Source: Gemmatimonadales bacterium | GTDB taxonomy: Bacteria; Gemmatimonadota; Gemmatimonadetes; Gemmatimonadales; GWC2-71-9 | Direction: 5' to 3' | Length of the DNA stretch: 47,020 bases | Assembly (NCBI GenBank): GCA_036270315.1 | Contig: DATBCS010000035.1 | Location: 1 to 47,020, forward strand | Part shown: positions 35,581 through 44,917 of the stretch, piece by piece | How the letters are laid out: the number at the start of each line of letters is the position of its first letter | How positions within the stretch are numbered: position 1 is the stretch's first letter | Notes under the pieces: model-generated | Databases searched by the model: none | What the model was told of the DNA's origin: nothing | Seen by the model: the letters and a program-made list of their open reading frames with translations, nothing else | Translations under genes and position numbers: made by a program

Positions 35581-36488
35581 AACGGCTGGGGGTCGTCGGC
35601 TCGATGGTGTGGGACACCATCTATGGCCGTGACCCGGCGCAGCCTGCAGTCGAAGAGTGGGGCGGGATCTCGTACTCGCTCGCGGCGCTCGACGCGACGC
35701 TCGCGGCCGACTGGCAGATCGTGCCGCTCGTCAAGGTGGGCCGCGACCTCGCGCCCCGGGCGAACCAGTTCCTCGGGGCGCTCGACCACGTGGCCCCGGG
35801 GGCGCGCTTCCTCGAGGTGGCGACGCCGAACAACCGTGTCACGCTCCGCTACTACCAGCGCGAACGGCGCTGCGAGCAGATGGCGGGCGGCGTGCCCCCG
35901 TGGACCTGGCCGGAGCTCGGGCCCCTCGTGAGAGACTTGGACGCCCTGTACGTGAATTTCATCTCGGGCTACGAATTGGACTTGGCCACCGCCGCGCAGC
36001 TGCGCCGCGGCTTTCCGGGCCTGATCTACGCCGACTTGCACAGCCTGTTTCTCGGCAAGACGGCCGACGGCACCCGTGTGCCGCAGCCACTCGCCGACCC
36101 CCCGGCCTGGTTCGGCTGTTTCGACGTGGTGCAGTTGAACGAGGAGGAGCTGCACCAGTTGGGTGACGACGCGCTGGCCGTGGCCGCCCGGGCGCTCGCG
36201 TGGGGCTGCCGCACCCTGGTCGTCACCCTCGGCTCCCACGGCGCGCAGTCCTTCTCTGGGACGCCGGTGCGTGCGGCGCGCATTCACGCGGAGGGGCCGG
36301 CCGAGCCCGAGGGCGACCCCACCGGGTGCGGCGACGTGTTCGGTGCCACGGTCATAGCGTCGCTCGTCGCCGGGGCGAGTCTCGACGCCGCGCTGCGCCT
36401 CGGCACGCGGATGGGCGCGCGCAACGTGTCGCACCACGGCGCGACCGGGTTGCGCGACCACCTGCTCGGCCGCCTCTCCCCGGCGTGA
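35577..36488 (+). CDS. PfkB-family carbohydrate kinase
   Basis: Track ORF trimmed to GTG 35577, overlapping the ROK stop (GTGTGA). PfkB signature 2 DPTGCGDVFGATVIASLVAG, plus VVTLGSHGA. Confidence 0.8.
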   Translation: MKRLGVVGSMVWDTIYGRDPAQPAVEEWGGISYSLAALDATLAADWQIVPLVKVGRDLAPRANQFLGALDHVAPGARFLEVATPNNRVTLRYYQRERRCEQMAGGVPPWTWPELGPLVRDLDALYVNFISGYELDLATAAQLRRGFPGLIYADLHSLFLGKTADGTRVPQPLADPPAWFGCFDVVQLNEEELHQLGDDALAVAARALAWGCRTLVVTLGSHGAQSFSGTPVRAARIHAEGPAEPEGDPTGCGDVFGATVIASLVAGASLDAALRLGTRMGARNVSHHGATGLRDHLLGRLSPA

Positions 36489-37393
36489 CCCGCCTCGTCG
36501 AGGTCCCGGCGCAGTTCGACGACCGCTCCTTCGATCAATTCGCGGGCGCGTTCGCCGCGGCGGCCACGGACGGCGAGCGGCTGTTGTTCGACGCGCACGC
36601 CGCGGAATGGGCGTCGCCCTACGGTCTGGTGGGGCTCCTCGTGGCGGGCCAGGCGGCCCGCCGCAGCGGGGCCGCGGACAAGCCGCTCCTCACGGCCCCC
36701 ACGCACGGTGACGTGCTGAGCTACTGGGCCCGGGCCGGGTTCTTCCGCGAGGCGGGGGAGTTGTTCGAGATCCATGGCCGCGTGCCGAAAGCGAAGGCCG
36801 ACGACGAGAGCGACGTGCTGGTGCCGGTGACGCCGGTGCGCGCGGCCGAGGACGTCCACGCCGTGGTCAGCAAGTTGCAACAGCGGGCGTCTGCCATCCT
36901 GGCGTCCGAGTTGGGGCTCGACCCGAAGGCGACGATGGGTTTCGCTATGGCGCTTTCGGAGGCGTGTCAGAATATTGTAGAGCACGCGGGCACGGGCGGG
37001 TGGGTGGCGGTGCAAGCCTACCACTGGCGCCGCACGCTCGCGCGGCGGGTCGTGGTGATCGCCGTCGCGGATGCCGGGGTGGGATTCCGGCATTCGCTCG
37101 AGCCGACTCAGGGGAAGCGGTTCGGCGCGCGCTGGGGCGATGCGGCAGCGCTGGAAGCAGCGCTGATCCAGGGCGTGAGTCGATTCCGGGATCCCGGACG
37201 CGGGCAGGGGCTCGCCGGGATCCGGCGCTATCTCGCCCGCTGGGACGGCAAGATCGCCATTCGGAGCGGCACCGCACGGATCGCGATCGTGCCGCCATGG
37301 GATGACGACGTACCCTTGAAAGACGGCCTGCCGCCGTTCCCCGGCGCCCAGGTGCTCATCATCATACCCGAGCAGGGGTCCACGATCCGGTGA
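36485..37393 (+). CDS. GHKL (histidine-kinase-like) ATPase-domain protein with an uncharacterised N-terminal domain
   Basis: Track ORF trimmed to GTG 36485 (GTGA overlap with PfkB). N-box-like SEACQNIVEHAG, G1 VADAGVGF and G2 GRGQGLAGI. No HisKA/DHp or transmembrane segments are visible. Confidence 0.7.
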   Translation: MTRLVEVPAQFDDRSFDQFAGAFAAAATDGERLLFDAHAAEWASPYGLVGLLVAGQAARRSGAADKPLLTAPTHGDVLSYWARAGFFREAGELFEIHGRVPKAKADDESDVLVPVTPVRAAEDVHAVVSKLQQRASAILASELGLDPKATMGFAMALSEACQNIVEHAGTGGWVAVQAYHWRRTLARRVVVIAVADAGVGFRHSLEPTQGKRFGARWGDAAALEAALIQGVSRFRDPGRGQGLAGIRRYLARWDGKIAIRSGTARIAIVPPWDDDVPLKDGLPPFPGAQVLIIIPEQGSTIR

Positions 37394-37839
37394 TACAGCA
37401 TATCGACATGCACGCGGTGCTCCAGGAATCGGTGGCGGGCGTCTACGCCGATCTGGTGACCCGGCCGACCGGTCGGGTGGTGCGCGAGCGGATCGAGCGG
37501 GCGATCGCGCCGGCGGTGCGGGCCGGGGACGTGACGGTCGCGCGCATGGATTTCGCGGGTGTCGGGTGCATCGATTACTCCTGCGCCGACGAGATCGTGG
37601 CGAAGCTGGTGCAGGGCCGGCCCGCCGTGGTCGTCCTCTCGGGCATTTCCGACGGGCACCGCGAGGCGATCGAGCCAGTGCTGGCGCGCGCGGGGCTCGC
37701 CGCCCTGATCGAGGGACCGGGCGGCACGCTTGACACGTTGGGCGCCCCCGCGGCCGCCGCCGTCCTCGTCGAGGAACTGGTGGCGCGCGGGCTTGCGATG
37801 CGCATCCCGGTGGGGACCATCGCGCTGACGCTCGCGTGA
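37390..37839 (+). CDS. STAS-like (DUF4325-like) protein
   Basis: GTGA overlap with the GHKL gene. LVTRPTGRVVRERIERAI...VARMDFAGVGCIDYSCADEIVAKLV resembles my recollection of the DUF4325 pattern (TRxxGxxxR ... DFxGVxxxxxSFADE). Confidence 0.6.
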   Translation: MIQHIDMHAVLQESVAGVYADLVTRPTGRVVRERIERAIAPAVRAGDVTVARMDFAGVGCIDYSCADEIVAKLVQGRPAVVVLSGISDGHREAIEPVLARAGLAALIEGPGGTLDTLGAPAAAAVLVEELVARGLAMRIPVGTIALTLA

Positions 37840-37846
37840 GGGTCGG

Positions 37847-39001
37847 GTGAAGCGTCGCCTCGGCTTCTCGACCCGCGCCGTGCACGGTGATCCGGAGGCC
37901 CGGCCGGACTGGGCGCCCGTCGTGGCGCCGCTGTACCAGAGCGCCACCTTCACCAATCCCATCGGGTCCACCCAAGAAGTCATCTACACCCGCTACGGCA
38001 ACAACCCCAACCATCTGGCGATCGCGCGGCGCCTCGCCCTGCTCGAGGGCGCCGAGGCCGCGCTATTCGTGGCGAGCGGGATGGGGGCCACCGCCCTGGC
38101 GCACCTCGCAGTGCTGCGTCCGGGGGATCACCTCATCTCAAGTGAGTGGATCTACGGAGGGGTGCAGCGGCTGTTCGCCCAGGAGTTCGGCCGCTTCGGC
38201 ATCGACGTGTCGTTCGTGAATCCGCTGCAGGCGCGCGAATGGAAGCGGGCCATGAAGAAGACGACCCGGGCCATCTTCGTCGAGACCCCCACGAACCCAC
38301 TGTTGCGGGTGCTGGACCTCGAGCCCATCGCCGCGCTGTGCAAAACCGAGGGGTTGGCGTTGGTCGTCGACTCCACGTTCGCCACGCCGCTCAACTTCCG
38401 GCCGCTCGAGCATGGCGCGGACGTGGTGATCCACAGCGCCACGAAGTACTTGAACGGGCACAGTGATGTGCTCGCGGGCGCGGTGGCGGGCACCGAATCG
38501 GTGATCGAAGAGGTACGCCGCCTGCTGCAGGTGTGGGGCCAAGCGTTGGATCCGATGGCCGCGTGGTTGATCGATCGCGGCATGAAGACGCTGGCGGTGC
38601 GCGTCGAGCGGCAGAACCGCACGACACTCGCGGTGGCGGAGTGGTGTACCGAACAACCGGCGTTTGCCAAGGTGCACTACCCCGGCCTGCCATCCCACCC
38701 CGACCACGACGTGGCGCGGCGCATCCTGAATGGGTTCGGGGGGATGCTGGGGGTGGAGCTGAAGGGCGGCGCCCCGGCGGCGGAGCGGTTTCTGCGTGCG
38801 CTCACGATCGCGGCGCACGCGCCCAGCCTGGGGGGGGTCGAAACCCTGGTCTCCGAGCCCCGGCTCACGTCGCACGCGATGGTCACGCCGGAGGACCGGG
38901 CGCGGGCTGGCATTCCCGATGGCTTCCTGAGATTTTCCATCGGACTGGAGGACGTCGACGACATCGTTGCGGACTTCGCGCAGGCCCTGGCGCAACTCTG
39001 A
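37847..39001 (+). CDS. Cys/Met-metabolism PLP-dependent enzyme (cystathionine gamma-synthase / beta- or gamma-lyase family)
   Basis: YTRYGNNPN, VASGMGA, VVDSTFATP and SATKYLNGHSDVLAG (PLP lysine). Length is 384 aa. Confidence 0.88.
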   Translation: MKRRLGFSTRAVHGDPEARPDWAPVVAPLYQSATFTNPIGSTQEVIYTRYGNNPNHLAIARRLALLEGAEAALFVASGMGATALAHLAVLRPGDHLISSEWIYGGVQRLFAQEFGRFGIDVSFVNPLQAREWKRAMKKTTRAIFVETPTNPLLRVLDLEPIAALCKTEGLALVVDSTFATPLNFRPLEHGADVVIHSATKYLNGHSDVLAGAVAGTESVIEEVRRLLQVWGQALDPMAAWLIDRGMKTLAVRVERQNRTTLAVAEWCTEQPAFAKVHYPGLPSHPDHDVARRILNGFGGMLGVELKGGAPAAERFLRALTIAAHAPSLGGVETLVSEPRLTSHAMVTPEDRARAGIPDGFLRFSIGLEDVDDIVADFAQALAQL

Positions 39002-39697
39002 GTGATCAAATTCACGAATGTCTTCAAGGCCTTCCCTAAGGGGGGGCTCGCCCTGAAGGACGTGTCGTTCCACATCGCGAAGGGCGAGTTCGTGTTCCTC
39101 ACGGGCCACTCGGGCGCGGGGAAGTCCACCGTCCTCAAGCTGATCTACGCCGATGAGCCGGTGACGAGCGGCGAGGTGCGCGTCTCGGGCTTCAACATGG
39201 CCGAGCTGCGTCCCCGCGACGTCCCGATGCTCCGGCGCCGCCTGGGCATCGTGTTCCAGGACTTCCGACTGCTCGAGGACCGCCCCGCTGAGGAGAACGT
39301 GGCCTTCGCGCTCGAGGTCACGGGCGCGCGGCGCGCGTCGATTCCGGCGCGCGTGATGCGCGTGCTCACGCAGGTGGGGCTCGCCGCGAAGGCGCAAGCC
39401 TACCCGCGCGAGCTGTCCGGGGGCGAGCAACAGCGCGTCGCGATTGCGCGCGCCCTCGTGAACGAGCCCACCGTGCTCCTGGCGGACGAGCCCACCGGGA
39501 ACCTCGACGAGCGAGCCACGCGCGGCGTGTTCCAGCTATTGCGCGACATCAACGCCAGCGGGACCGCTGTGCTGATGGCGACGCACGACCTCGACTTGGT
39601 GCGCCAGGCCCCCTATCGGGTGATCGAGCTGCAGGAGGGGGCGCTGGTGTACGACTCCCAGGTGGACGAACCGCGCGATCAGGCGGCGACGCCGTGA
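39002..39697 (+). CDS. ftsE: cell-division ABC transporter ATP-binding protein FtsE
   Basis: IKFTNVFKAFPKGGLALKDVSF, GHSGAGKST, LSGGEQQRVAIARAL and LLADEPTGNLD, followed directly by ftsX. Confidence 0.92.
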   Translation: MIKFTNVFKAFPKGGLALKDVSFHIAKGEFVFLTGHSGAGKSTVLKLIYADEPVTSGEVRVSGFNMAELRPRDVPMLRRRLGIVFQDFRLLEDRPAEENVAFALEVTGARRASIPARVMRVLTQVGLAAKAQAYPRELSGGEQQRVAIARALVNEPTVLLADEPTGNLDERATRGVFQLLRDINASGTAVLMATHDLDLVRQAPYRVIELQEGALVYDSQVDEPRDQAATP

Positions 39698-40551
39698 ACC
39701 TGGTCATCCGCGAGGCGCTACTGGCGTTCCGCCGCGCGCCCCTGCTCTCGGCGCTGTCCGTGACGACGATTGCGTTCTCCCTGTTCGTGGTCGGCCTGTT
39801 CGGCCTCGTGGCCGTGAACCTGCAGGACGCTCTGCGGGGGGTGGCCGAGCGGGTCGAAATCGTCGCCTATCTGCTCCCCGGCACGCCGATCGAGACGCGC
39901 ACCATCGCCGAGAAGGACATCGAAGCGTTCCCCGAAGTCCAGTCGGCCACGTACGTGAGCGAGGACTCAGCGCTCGCCCGCGCGCATGCCGAGCTGATCG
40001 AGTTCCGCGACGTGTTGCAGGAGCTCGAGCGCAATCCGCTTCCCCCCTCGATCGAGGTGAAGCTCAAGCCCCGGTTCCGTGATGCCGAGCACGTAAACGA
40101 CGTCGCCGACCGGCTGCGCGGGTTCGGGTTCGTGGACGACGTGCGGTTCGGTCGCGACTGGGTGGAAAAGCTCGACCGCCTCCGCCAGATCGCCGCCGCG
40201 GTGGGACTCGTGGTGGGCGCCGCCTTCGCCGTGGTCGCGATCATCATCATCGGGACGACCATCCGGATGGCGGTACTGCAGCGGAGCCGCGAGATCGCGA
40301 TCATGCGGCTCGTCGGCGCCACCGACGGATTCATCCGCCGACCGTTCCTGCTCCAGGGGGCGATCAAAGGGACGCTCGGCGGGCTCGTGGCGATCGCGCT
40401 GTCGTTCGGCGCCTACACCTTGATCAACCGCTGGCTGCTCCAAGCGGCGTTCTTCTCGCGCGAGCAGGCGATCGCGATCGTGGGGTTCGGGGCCTTGATC
40501 GGGCTGTGTGGCAGCGCGGCGTCGGTGGGTCGACACCTGCGACGCGTGTGA
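39694..40551 (+). CDS. ftsX: cell-division permease-like protein FtsX
   Basis: 4-nt overlap with ftsE. One N-terminal TM segment, a periplasmic domain and three C-terminal TM segments (IAIMRLVGATDGFIRRPFLLQG). Confidence 0.9.
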   Translation: MNLVIREALLAFRRAPLLSALSVTTIAFSLFVVGLFGLVAVNLQDALRGVAERVEIVAYLLPGTPIETRTIAEKDIEAFPEVQSATYVSEDSALARAHAELIEFRDVLQELERNPLPPSIEVKLKPRFRDAEHVNDVADRLRGFGFVDDVRFGRDWVEKLDRLRQIAAAVGLVVGAAFAVVAIIIIGTTIRMAVLQRSREIAIMRLVGATDGFIRRPFLLQGAIKGTLGGLVAIALSFGAYTLINRWLLQAAFFSREQAIAIVGFGALIGLCGSAASVGRHLRRV

Positions 40552-41768
40552 GCCGGCGGACCCGGTCGGGGGCGCGCGCCGGGGTGTGGTCCCGCGTGCC
40601 GCTCCCGCTCGTCGTGGCCGCGTGGTGCCACGGCGCGCTGCTCGCCCAACGGCCGCAGCCCTTCGACCAACAGCTGCGCGACAACCAGCAACGGCTTGAG
40701 GGCATCCGGCGCGAGCGCTCGGAGGTGGAACAGGAGCTCGAGCGGCTGCGGACCCAAGCCCACTCCCTGTCCGACGAGCTCTCGAACATCGAGCGGCAGA
40801 AGGAAACGACGAACCGCATCGTCAACGAGCTCGACCGCCAGATCAACAGCCTGTCGGGCCAGATCGACCACACCACAGTGGACCTGCTGCTCGCGCAGGA
40901 CGCCTTGAGCGAGAAGCGCGCCGTGCTCGAGCGGCGGCTCGTGGACATCTACAAGCGCGGGCCGCTGTACGCCTACCAGGTCTTATTCGCCGCCGAGAGT
41001 TTCGGCGATCTCCTGTCGCGCTACAAGTATCTCTACCTCGTGACGCGCCAGGACCGCTTGCTCGCGAACGACATGTCGAAGTTGCAACGGCGCATCGCGC
41101 GTGAGCGCCAGACGCTCGTGGATGGGCGGGACGCGTTGGGACGCCGCAAGAACGAGCGGACCGAGGAGCTGGACCGCTATCAGCAGCTGGAGCACGAGCG
41201 CCAAGCGTCGTTGCGCGCCACGCGCCGCAGCGCGCGCGAGGCTCAGCAGCGTCTGTCCGAGCTCGAGCGGGACGAAAAGAGCCTGAACGACCGGATCGCG
41301 GCCCTGGAGCGGGCGCGCCGGGAGGCCGTGGCGCGGGGCGCCGCGACCGCCGCCGCGATCACGACGGCCGACCTGGGCCAGCTCGACTGGCCCGTGGAGG
41401 GCCGCCTCCTGTATCAGTTCGGGACCGCGGCGGGGCCCAACAACACCCGCATCCCATGGCACGGCATCGGCATCGCGGCCCCGGTGGGCACGCCGGTGCG
41501 CGCGATCGCCGCGGGCACAGTGAGCCTCGCAGGGCCGCTGGGGACCTATCTCACCTCGGTATTGCTGGACCACGGCGGCGGGTACTACTCCTTCTACGGC
41601 TACCTCAACGACGCGACCGTCACGCAGGGGGAGCGCGTGGTGAAGGGGCAGGTCCTCGGCCACGTCGGGGGCCAGTCGAGCGACCAGGGGCCCCACCTGC
41701 ATTTCGAGATCCGCGGGCAGGGGGGTATCGCCCTCGATCCCATCAACTGGTTGCGGAGCCGGCGCTGA
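40548..41768 (+). CDS. M23-family peptidase with N-terminal coiled coil (EnvC-like murein hydrolase activator)
   Basis: Long heptad-like region (LEGIRRERSEVEQELERLRTQ...) followed by an M23 domain (GIGIAAPVGTPVRAIAAG ... GPHLHFEIR). GTG 40548 overlaps the ftsX stop; ATG 40506 is an alternative. Confidence 0.85.
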   Translation: MSRRTRSGARAGVWSRVPLPLVVAAWCHGALLAQRPQPFDQQLRDNQQRLEGIRRERSEVEQELERLRTQAHSLSDELSNIERQKETTNRIVNELDRQINSLSGQIDHTTVDLLLAQDALSEKRAVLERRLVDIYKRGPLYAYQVLFAAESFGDLLSRYKYLYLVTRQDRLLANDMSKLQRRIARERQTLVDGRDALGRRKNERTEELDRYQQLEHERQASLRATRRSAREAQQRLSELERDEKSLNDRIAALERARREAVARGAATAAAITTADLGQLDWPVEGRLLYQFGTAAGPNNTRIPWHGIGIAAPVGTPVRAIAAGTVSLAGPLGTYLTSVLLDHGGGYYSFYGYLNDATVTQGERVVKGQVLGHVGGQSSDQGPHLHFEIRGQGGIALDPINWLRSRR

Positions 41769-41833
41769 GCCGGTGACGCTGCCAGGGTGGTCCGGGACCG
41801 GCCAGGTCCGCCGGTACTACGCCCGCGGTTGGC

Positions 41834-43318
41834 CTAGTGCTTCTCTCCCGCCACGCCGATGCGGTCCGCCTCGTTCTGTTTCCCCCGCTCGAGCGCCGCT
41901 TCGACCTGGGCGAACAGATCTTCGGGCCGCAGCACTTCGGAGTGCGGGAACGCCACCACCCCCGCCGACACGCTCGGCACCTGTCCCGGGCCGAGGTCGG
42001 GGAACGTGTGGCGGGCGATGACCTGACGGAGCCGGTCCACGAACTGGCGTCCCCCTTGGGTGTCGGTCTCGGGCAGGATTAGCGCGAATTCGTCGCCGCC
42101 GTAGCGCGCCACGAAGTCCGGCGCCCGGATCTCGCGCTGCATCATCGCCCCGATCTCGCCGAGCACCCGGTCGCCCGCTTGCTGGCCCAGGCGTTCGTTG
42201 ACGTCGCGCAACCGGTCCACGTCGACGAGCACGAGGGCGAAGTGGAGCGAGTAGCGGCGGGCGCGCTCGAACTCGTCGCGTAGCCGCCGATCGAGCGCGT
42301 CCAGGCTGGCGCAGCCGGTTAGCACGTCGGTCACGCCGGCGCTGATTTGGCGCCGATAGATGGCAGCGCGGCGCTCCTCGTTCTCGAGCACGCGGGCCGC
42401 CGCCTGCGCGATCGTATTGGCGAATCCCACGTCCTGCGACCGGAGCTGCGGGTCGCCCTGCACCGTGCGCAGGAAAAAGACCCCGGCCGCGCGCCCCTGC
42501 ACGAACACGGGCAGCGCCACGGCCGCCTGCACATTCACGTCGATCTGCTGCTCCGTCCACCGCTTGCGGATCGTCTCGAACAGCGGGTGCTCGTGCACGT
42601 CCTGGATGATCACGGGGCGCTCGGTGCGGATCGCTTCCTGGATCTCTGGGTAGCGCTCGAGCTCGACGCGCAAGTCGCGGATCGCGGGGTTCTCGTAGAC
42701 CGCAACCACGCGGCCCTTGTCCTCGCCCGGCGCGGTGAGCACGAACGAGCAGTGCGTCAACCCGAACGCCTGCCCCACCCGGCGCACCAGCGTCTGGAAG
42801 ATCTCGTCCGCGCGCAACGCGGCGGAGACTTCTTGGAAGATGTCGAACAACAAGTCGCGCGAACGCAGTGCGTCCCGCGCCTCCCCGACCTCACGCCGCA
42901 CCCGCAAGTCGGCGTCGATGCGGGCGCGTAGCTCGCCAAAATGCACGGGGCTCGCCATCGCGTCCTGCGCCCCCGCCTGCAGCGCGTCCGCGACCACCTC
43001 GGCGGCGCCGTCGGCGACGAGCACGCACACGGGCGCGCCGCCAAAGCGCGGGGCGGTGACGATATCCCGCACCGCGTCGGCGAGCCGGGCATGCTTGGCG
43101 GCGACGCAGAAGATCACGAGGTCGGGGGGCTGGGGCTCCACCCGTTCGAGGGCCGGCAGCGGGAAGGGCGCTTGGGTGACCTGGAAGCCGCCGCGCACGA
43201 GGAACCGCTCCAGGCCCTCGGGCCGGGCACTGGCGTGGCCGAGCAAGAGGATCTTCGGCTGGATCGATTCGGGCAAGGTTCCGGGCCGCACCGTGGAGGG
43301 TGTCAAGCTATAGTTCAC
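41834..43318 (-). CDS. pseudo-receiver-GAF-GGDEF protein (putative diguanylate cyclase)
   Basis: GGDEF active site RYGGDEFALIL, with RAPD (an RxxD I-site) five residues upstream. Central GAF-like region and an N-terminal CheY-like fold lacking the acidic pocket. The start is uncertain: track ATG 43390 would overlap the divergent pcm start, so GTG 43318 or a nearby TTG is more plausible. Confidence 0.8.
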   Translation of the reverse strand: MNYSLTPSTVRPGTLPESIQPKILLLGHASARPEGLERFLVRGGFQVTQAPFPLPALERVEPQPPDLVIFCVAAKHARLADAVRDIVTAPRFGGAPVCVLVADGAAEVVADALQAGAQDAMASPVHFGELRARIDADLRVRREVGEARDALRSRDLLFDIFQEVSAALRADEIFQTLVRRVGQAFGLTHCSFVLTAPGEDKGRVVAVYENPAIRDLRVELERYPEIQEAIRTERPVIIQDVHEHPLFETIRKRWTEQQIDVNVQAAVALPVFVQGRAAGVFFLRTVQGDPQLRSQDVGFANTIAQAAARVLENEERRAAIYRRQISAGVTDVLTGCASLDALDRRLRDEFERARRYSLHFALVLVDVDRLRDVNERLGQQAGDRVLGEIGAMMQREIRAPDFVARYGGDEFALILPETDTQGGRQFVDRLRQVIARHTFPDLGPGQVPSVSAGVVAFPHSEVLRPEDLFAQVEAALERGKQNEADRIGVAGEKH

Positions 43319-43388
43319 CTGATGGGTCGGCAACTTGAGAGAATCGCGCGTGCCGCCGTCGCCTGAGACTCGGCGCCGCCGCCGCCGC

Positions 43389-44015
43389 ATGGTCGAGCGT
43401 CAGCTCGCCGCCCGCGGCATCCGCGACTGCCGGGTGCTTGCGGCGATGGCATGGGTGCCGCGCGAGTGGTTCCTCCCATCGCACCTCGCCGGCGAGGCGT
43501 ACGACGATGCGCCGCTCCCGATCGGCAGCGGCCAAACCATTTCCCAACCCTACATCGTGGCATTGATGACCGCGGCGCTCGCGCCGCGGCGCGGCGACCG
43601 CGTGCTCGAGATTGGCACGGGCTCGGGGTATCAGACGGCCGTCCTGGCGCACCTCGGCGCGCGCGTGTATACCATCGAGCGCCTGCCCGACCTGTTGGTC
43701 GAGGCCGAGGAGCGGTTCCGGCGGCTGGGGCTCGACACCATCGAGACCCGCTTGGGTGACGGTGCGGGCGGCTGGCCGGACCAGGCGCCGTTCCAGGGGA
43801 TCATCGTCGCGGCCGCGGCGCCCGCCGTGCCGCAGCCGCTGGCCGATCAACTCGCCCCGGGTGGCCGGCTGGTGATTCCGGTCGGCGACCTCGCCACCCA
43901 GGAGCTCGTCATCCTCGAGCGCGGGCCCCACGGGCTGGAGGAGCGGCGGGCGGGGGGCGTGCGCTTCGTGCCGCTCATCTCCCGCCTCGCCTTCACCGAG
44001 GAACCGTGGCACTGA
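43389..44015 (+). CDS. pcm: protein-L-isoaspartate O-methyltransferase
   Basis: Track ORF trimmed to ATG 43389. GQTISQPYIVA, VLEIGTGSGYQTAVLA and GGRLVIPVG match Pcm. Confidence 0.92.
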   Translation: MVERQLAARGIRDCRVLAAMAWVPREWFLPSHLAGEAYDDAPLPIGSGQTISQPYIVALMTAALAPRRGDRVLEIGTGSGYQTAVLAHLGARVYTIERLPDLLVEAEERFRRLGLDTIETRLGDGAGGWPDQAPFQGIIVAAAAPAVPQPLADQLAPGGRLVIPVGDLATQELVILERGPHGLEERRAGGVRFVPLISRLAFTEEPWH

Positions 44016-44917
44016 GCGGCGGGCCTGACGACCTCCTGGGCGCCCATGTTTCCACCCAGGGAGGCGTCGCCCTGGCGCCGGCGCGCGGCCGCGCGATCGG
44101 TGCAACCGCGATGCAGGTGTTCACTAAGACGCCGAACCAGTGGCGCGAACCGGTGTTGGCCGACGCGGAAGCGGCCCGGTTCCGGGACGCGCTCGGGGCG
44201 AGCGGGATCCGGGCCGTGGTGGCGCACGACAGCTATCTGATCAACCTCGCCTCGCCGGATGACGCGCTCCGAGCCCAGAGCGCCCGCGCCTTCGCGGGCG
44301 AGCTCGCGCGGTGCCGGGCCCTCGGGATTCCCTGGGTCGTCTCGCATCCTGGCAACTACATCGCCGATCGGGACGCGGGGCTCGCGCGCAACGCTCGCGG
44401 CTACGCCGAGGGTCTGACGGCGGTGCCCGGCGAGGTCGGCGTGCTGATCGAGGGCACGGCGGGCGCGGGCACGGCGCTGGGCTCCACGTTTGAAGAGCTG
44501 CGGGCGCTGCGGGAGGCGCTGCCCCAAGCGGTCCGCGGGCGCGTGGGGTTCTGCCTGGACACGGCGCATCTGCACGCGGCTGGGTATGATGTGGCCGGCG
44601 GGCTCGACGGGGTGTGGGAGCAGTTCGATCGGGAGATCGGGCTTGGGCTCCTCAAATGCCTGCATTTGAACGACTCCAAGGCGGCGCCGGGATCGCATCT
44701 GGACCGCCACCAGTGGATCGGCGAGGGCACCATCGGGCCCGAGGCGTTCCGCCGCATCATGCGCGACCCGCGGTTTGCCATAGTGATTAAGATTATCGAG
44801 ACGCCCAAAGGGGACGATCCGGTGCGGCACGACCGGCGCATGCTCCGGCGGTTGCGCGCGTACGGGCGCGGGCCGCGCTCCCACAGCCGAACGAGGCAAG
44901 CCGTAGGGGAAGCGTGA
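44006..44917 (+). CDS. nfo: endonuclease IV (AP endonuclease)
   Basis: GAHVSTQGG, HDSYLINLASP, SHPGN, LIEGTAGAG, CLDTAHLHAAGYD and HLNDSK...DRHQWIGEG are collinear with my recollection of E. coli Nfo. Confidence 0.92.
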   Translation: MALSGGPDDLLGAHVSTQGGVALAPARGRAIGATAMQVFTKTPNQWREPVLADAEAARFRDALGASGIRAVVAHDSYLINLASPDDALRAQSARAFAGELARCRALGIPWVVSHPGNYIADRDAGLARNARGYAEGLTAVPGEVGVLIEGTAGAGTALGSTFEELRALREALPQAVRGRVGFCLDTAHLHAAGYDVAGGLDGVWEQFDREIGLGLLKCLHLNDSKAAPGSHLDRHQWIGEGTIGPEAFRRIMRDPRFAIVIKIIETPKGDDPVRHDRRMLRRLRAYGRGPRSHSRTRQAVGEA

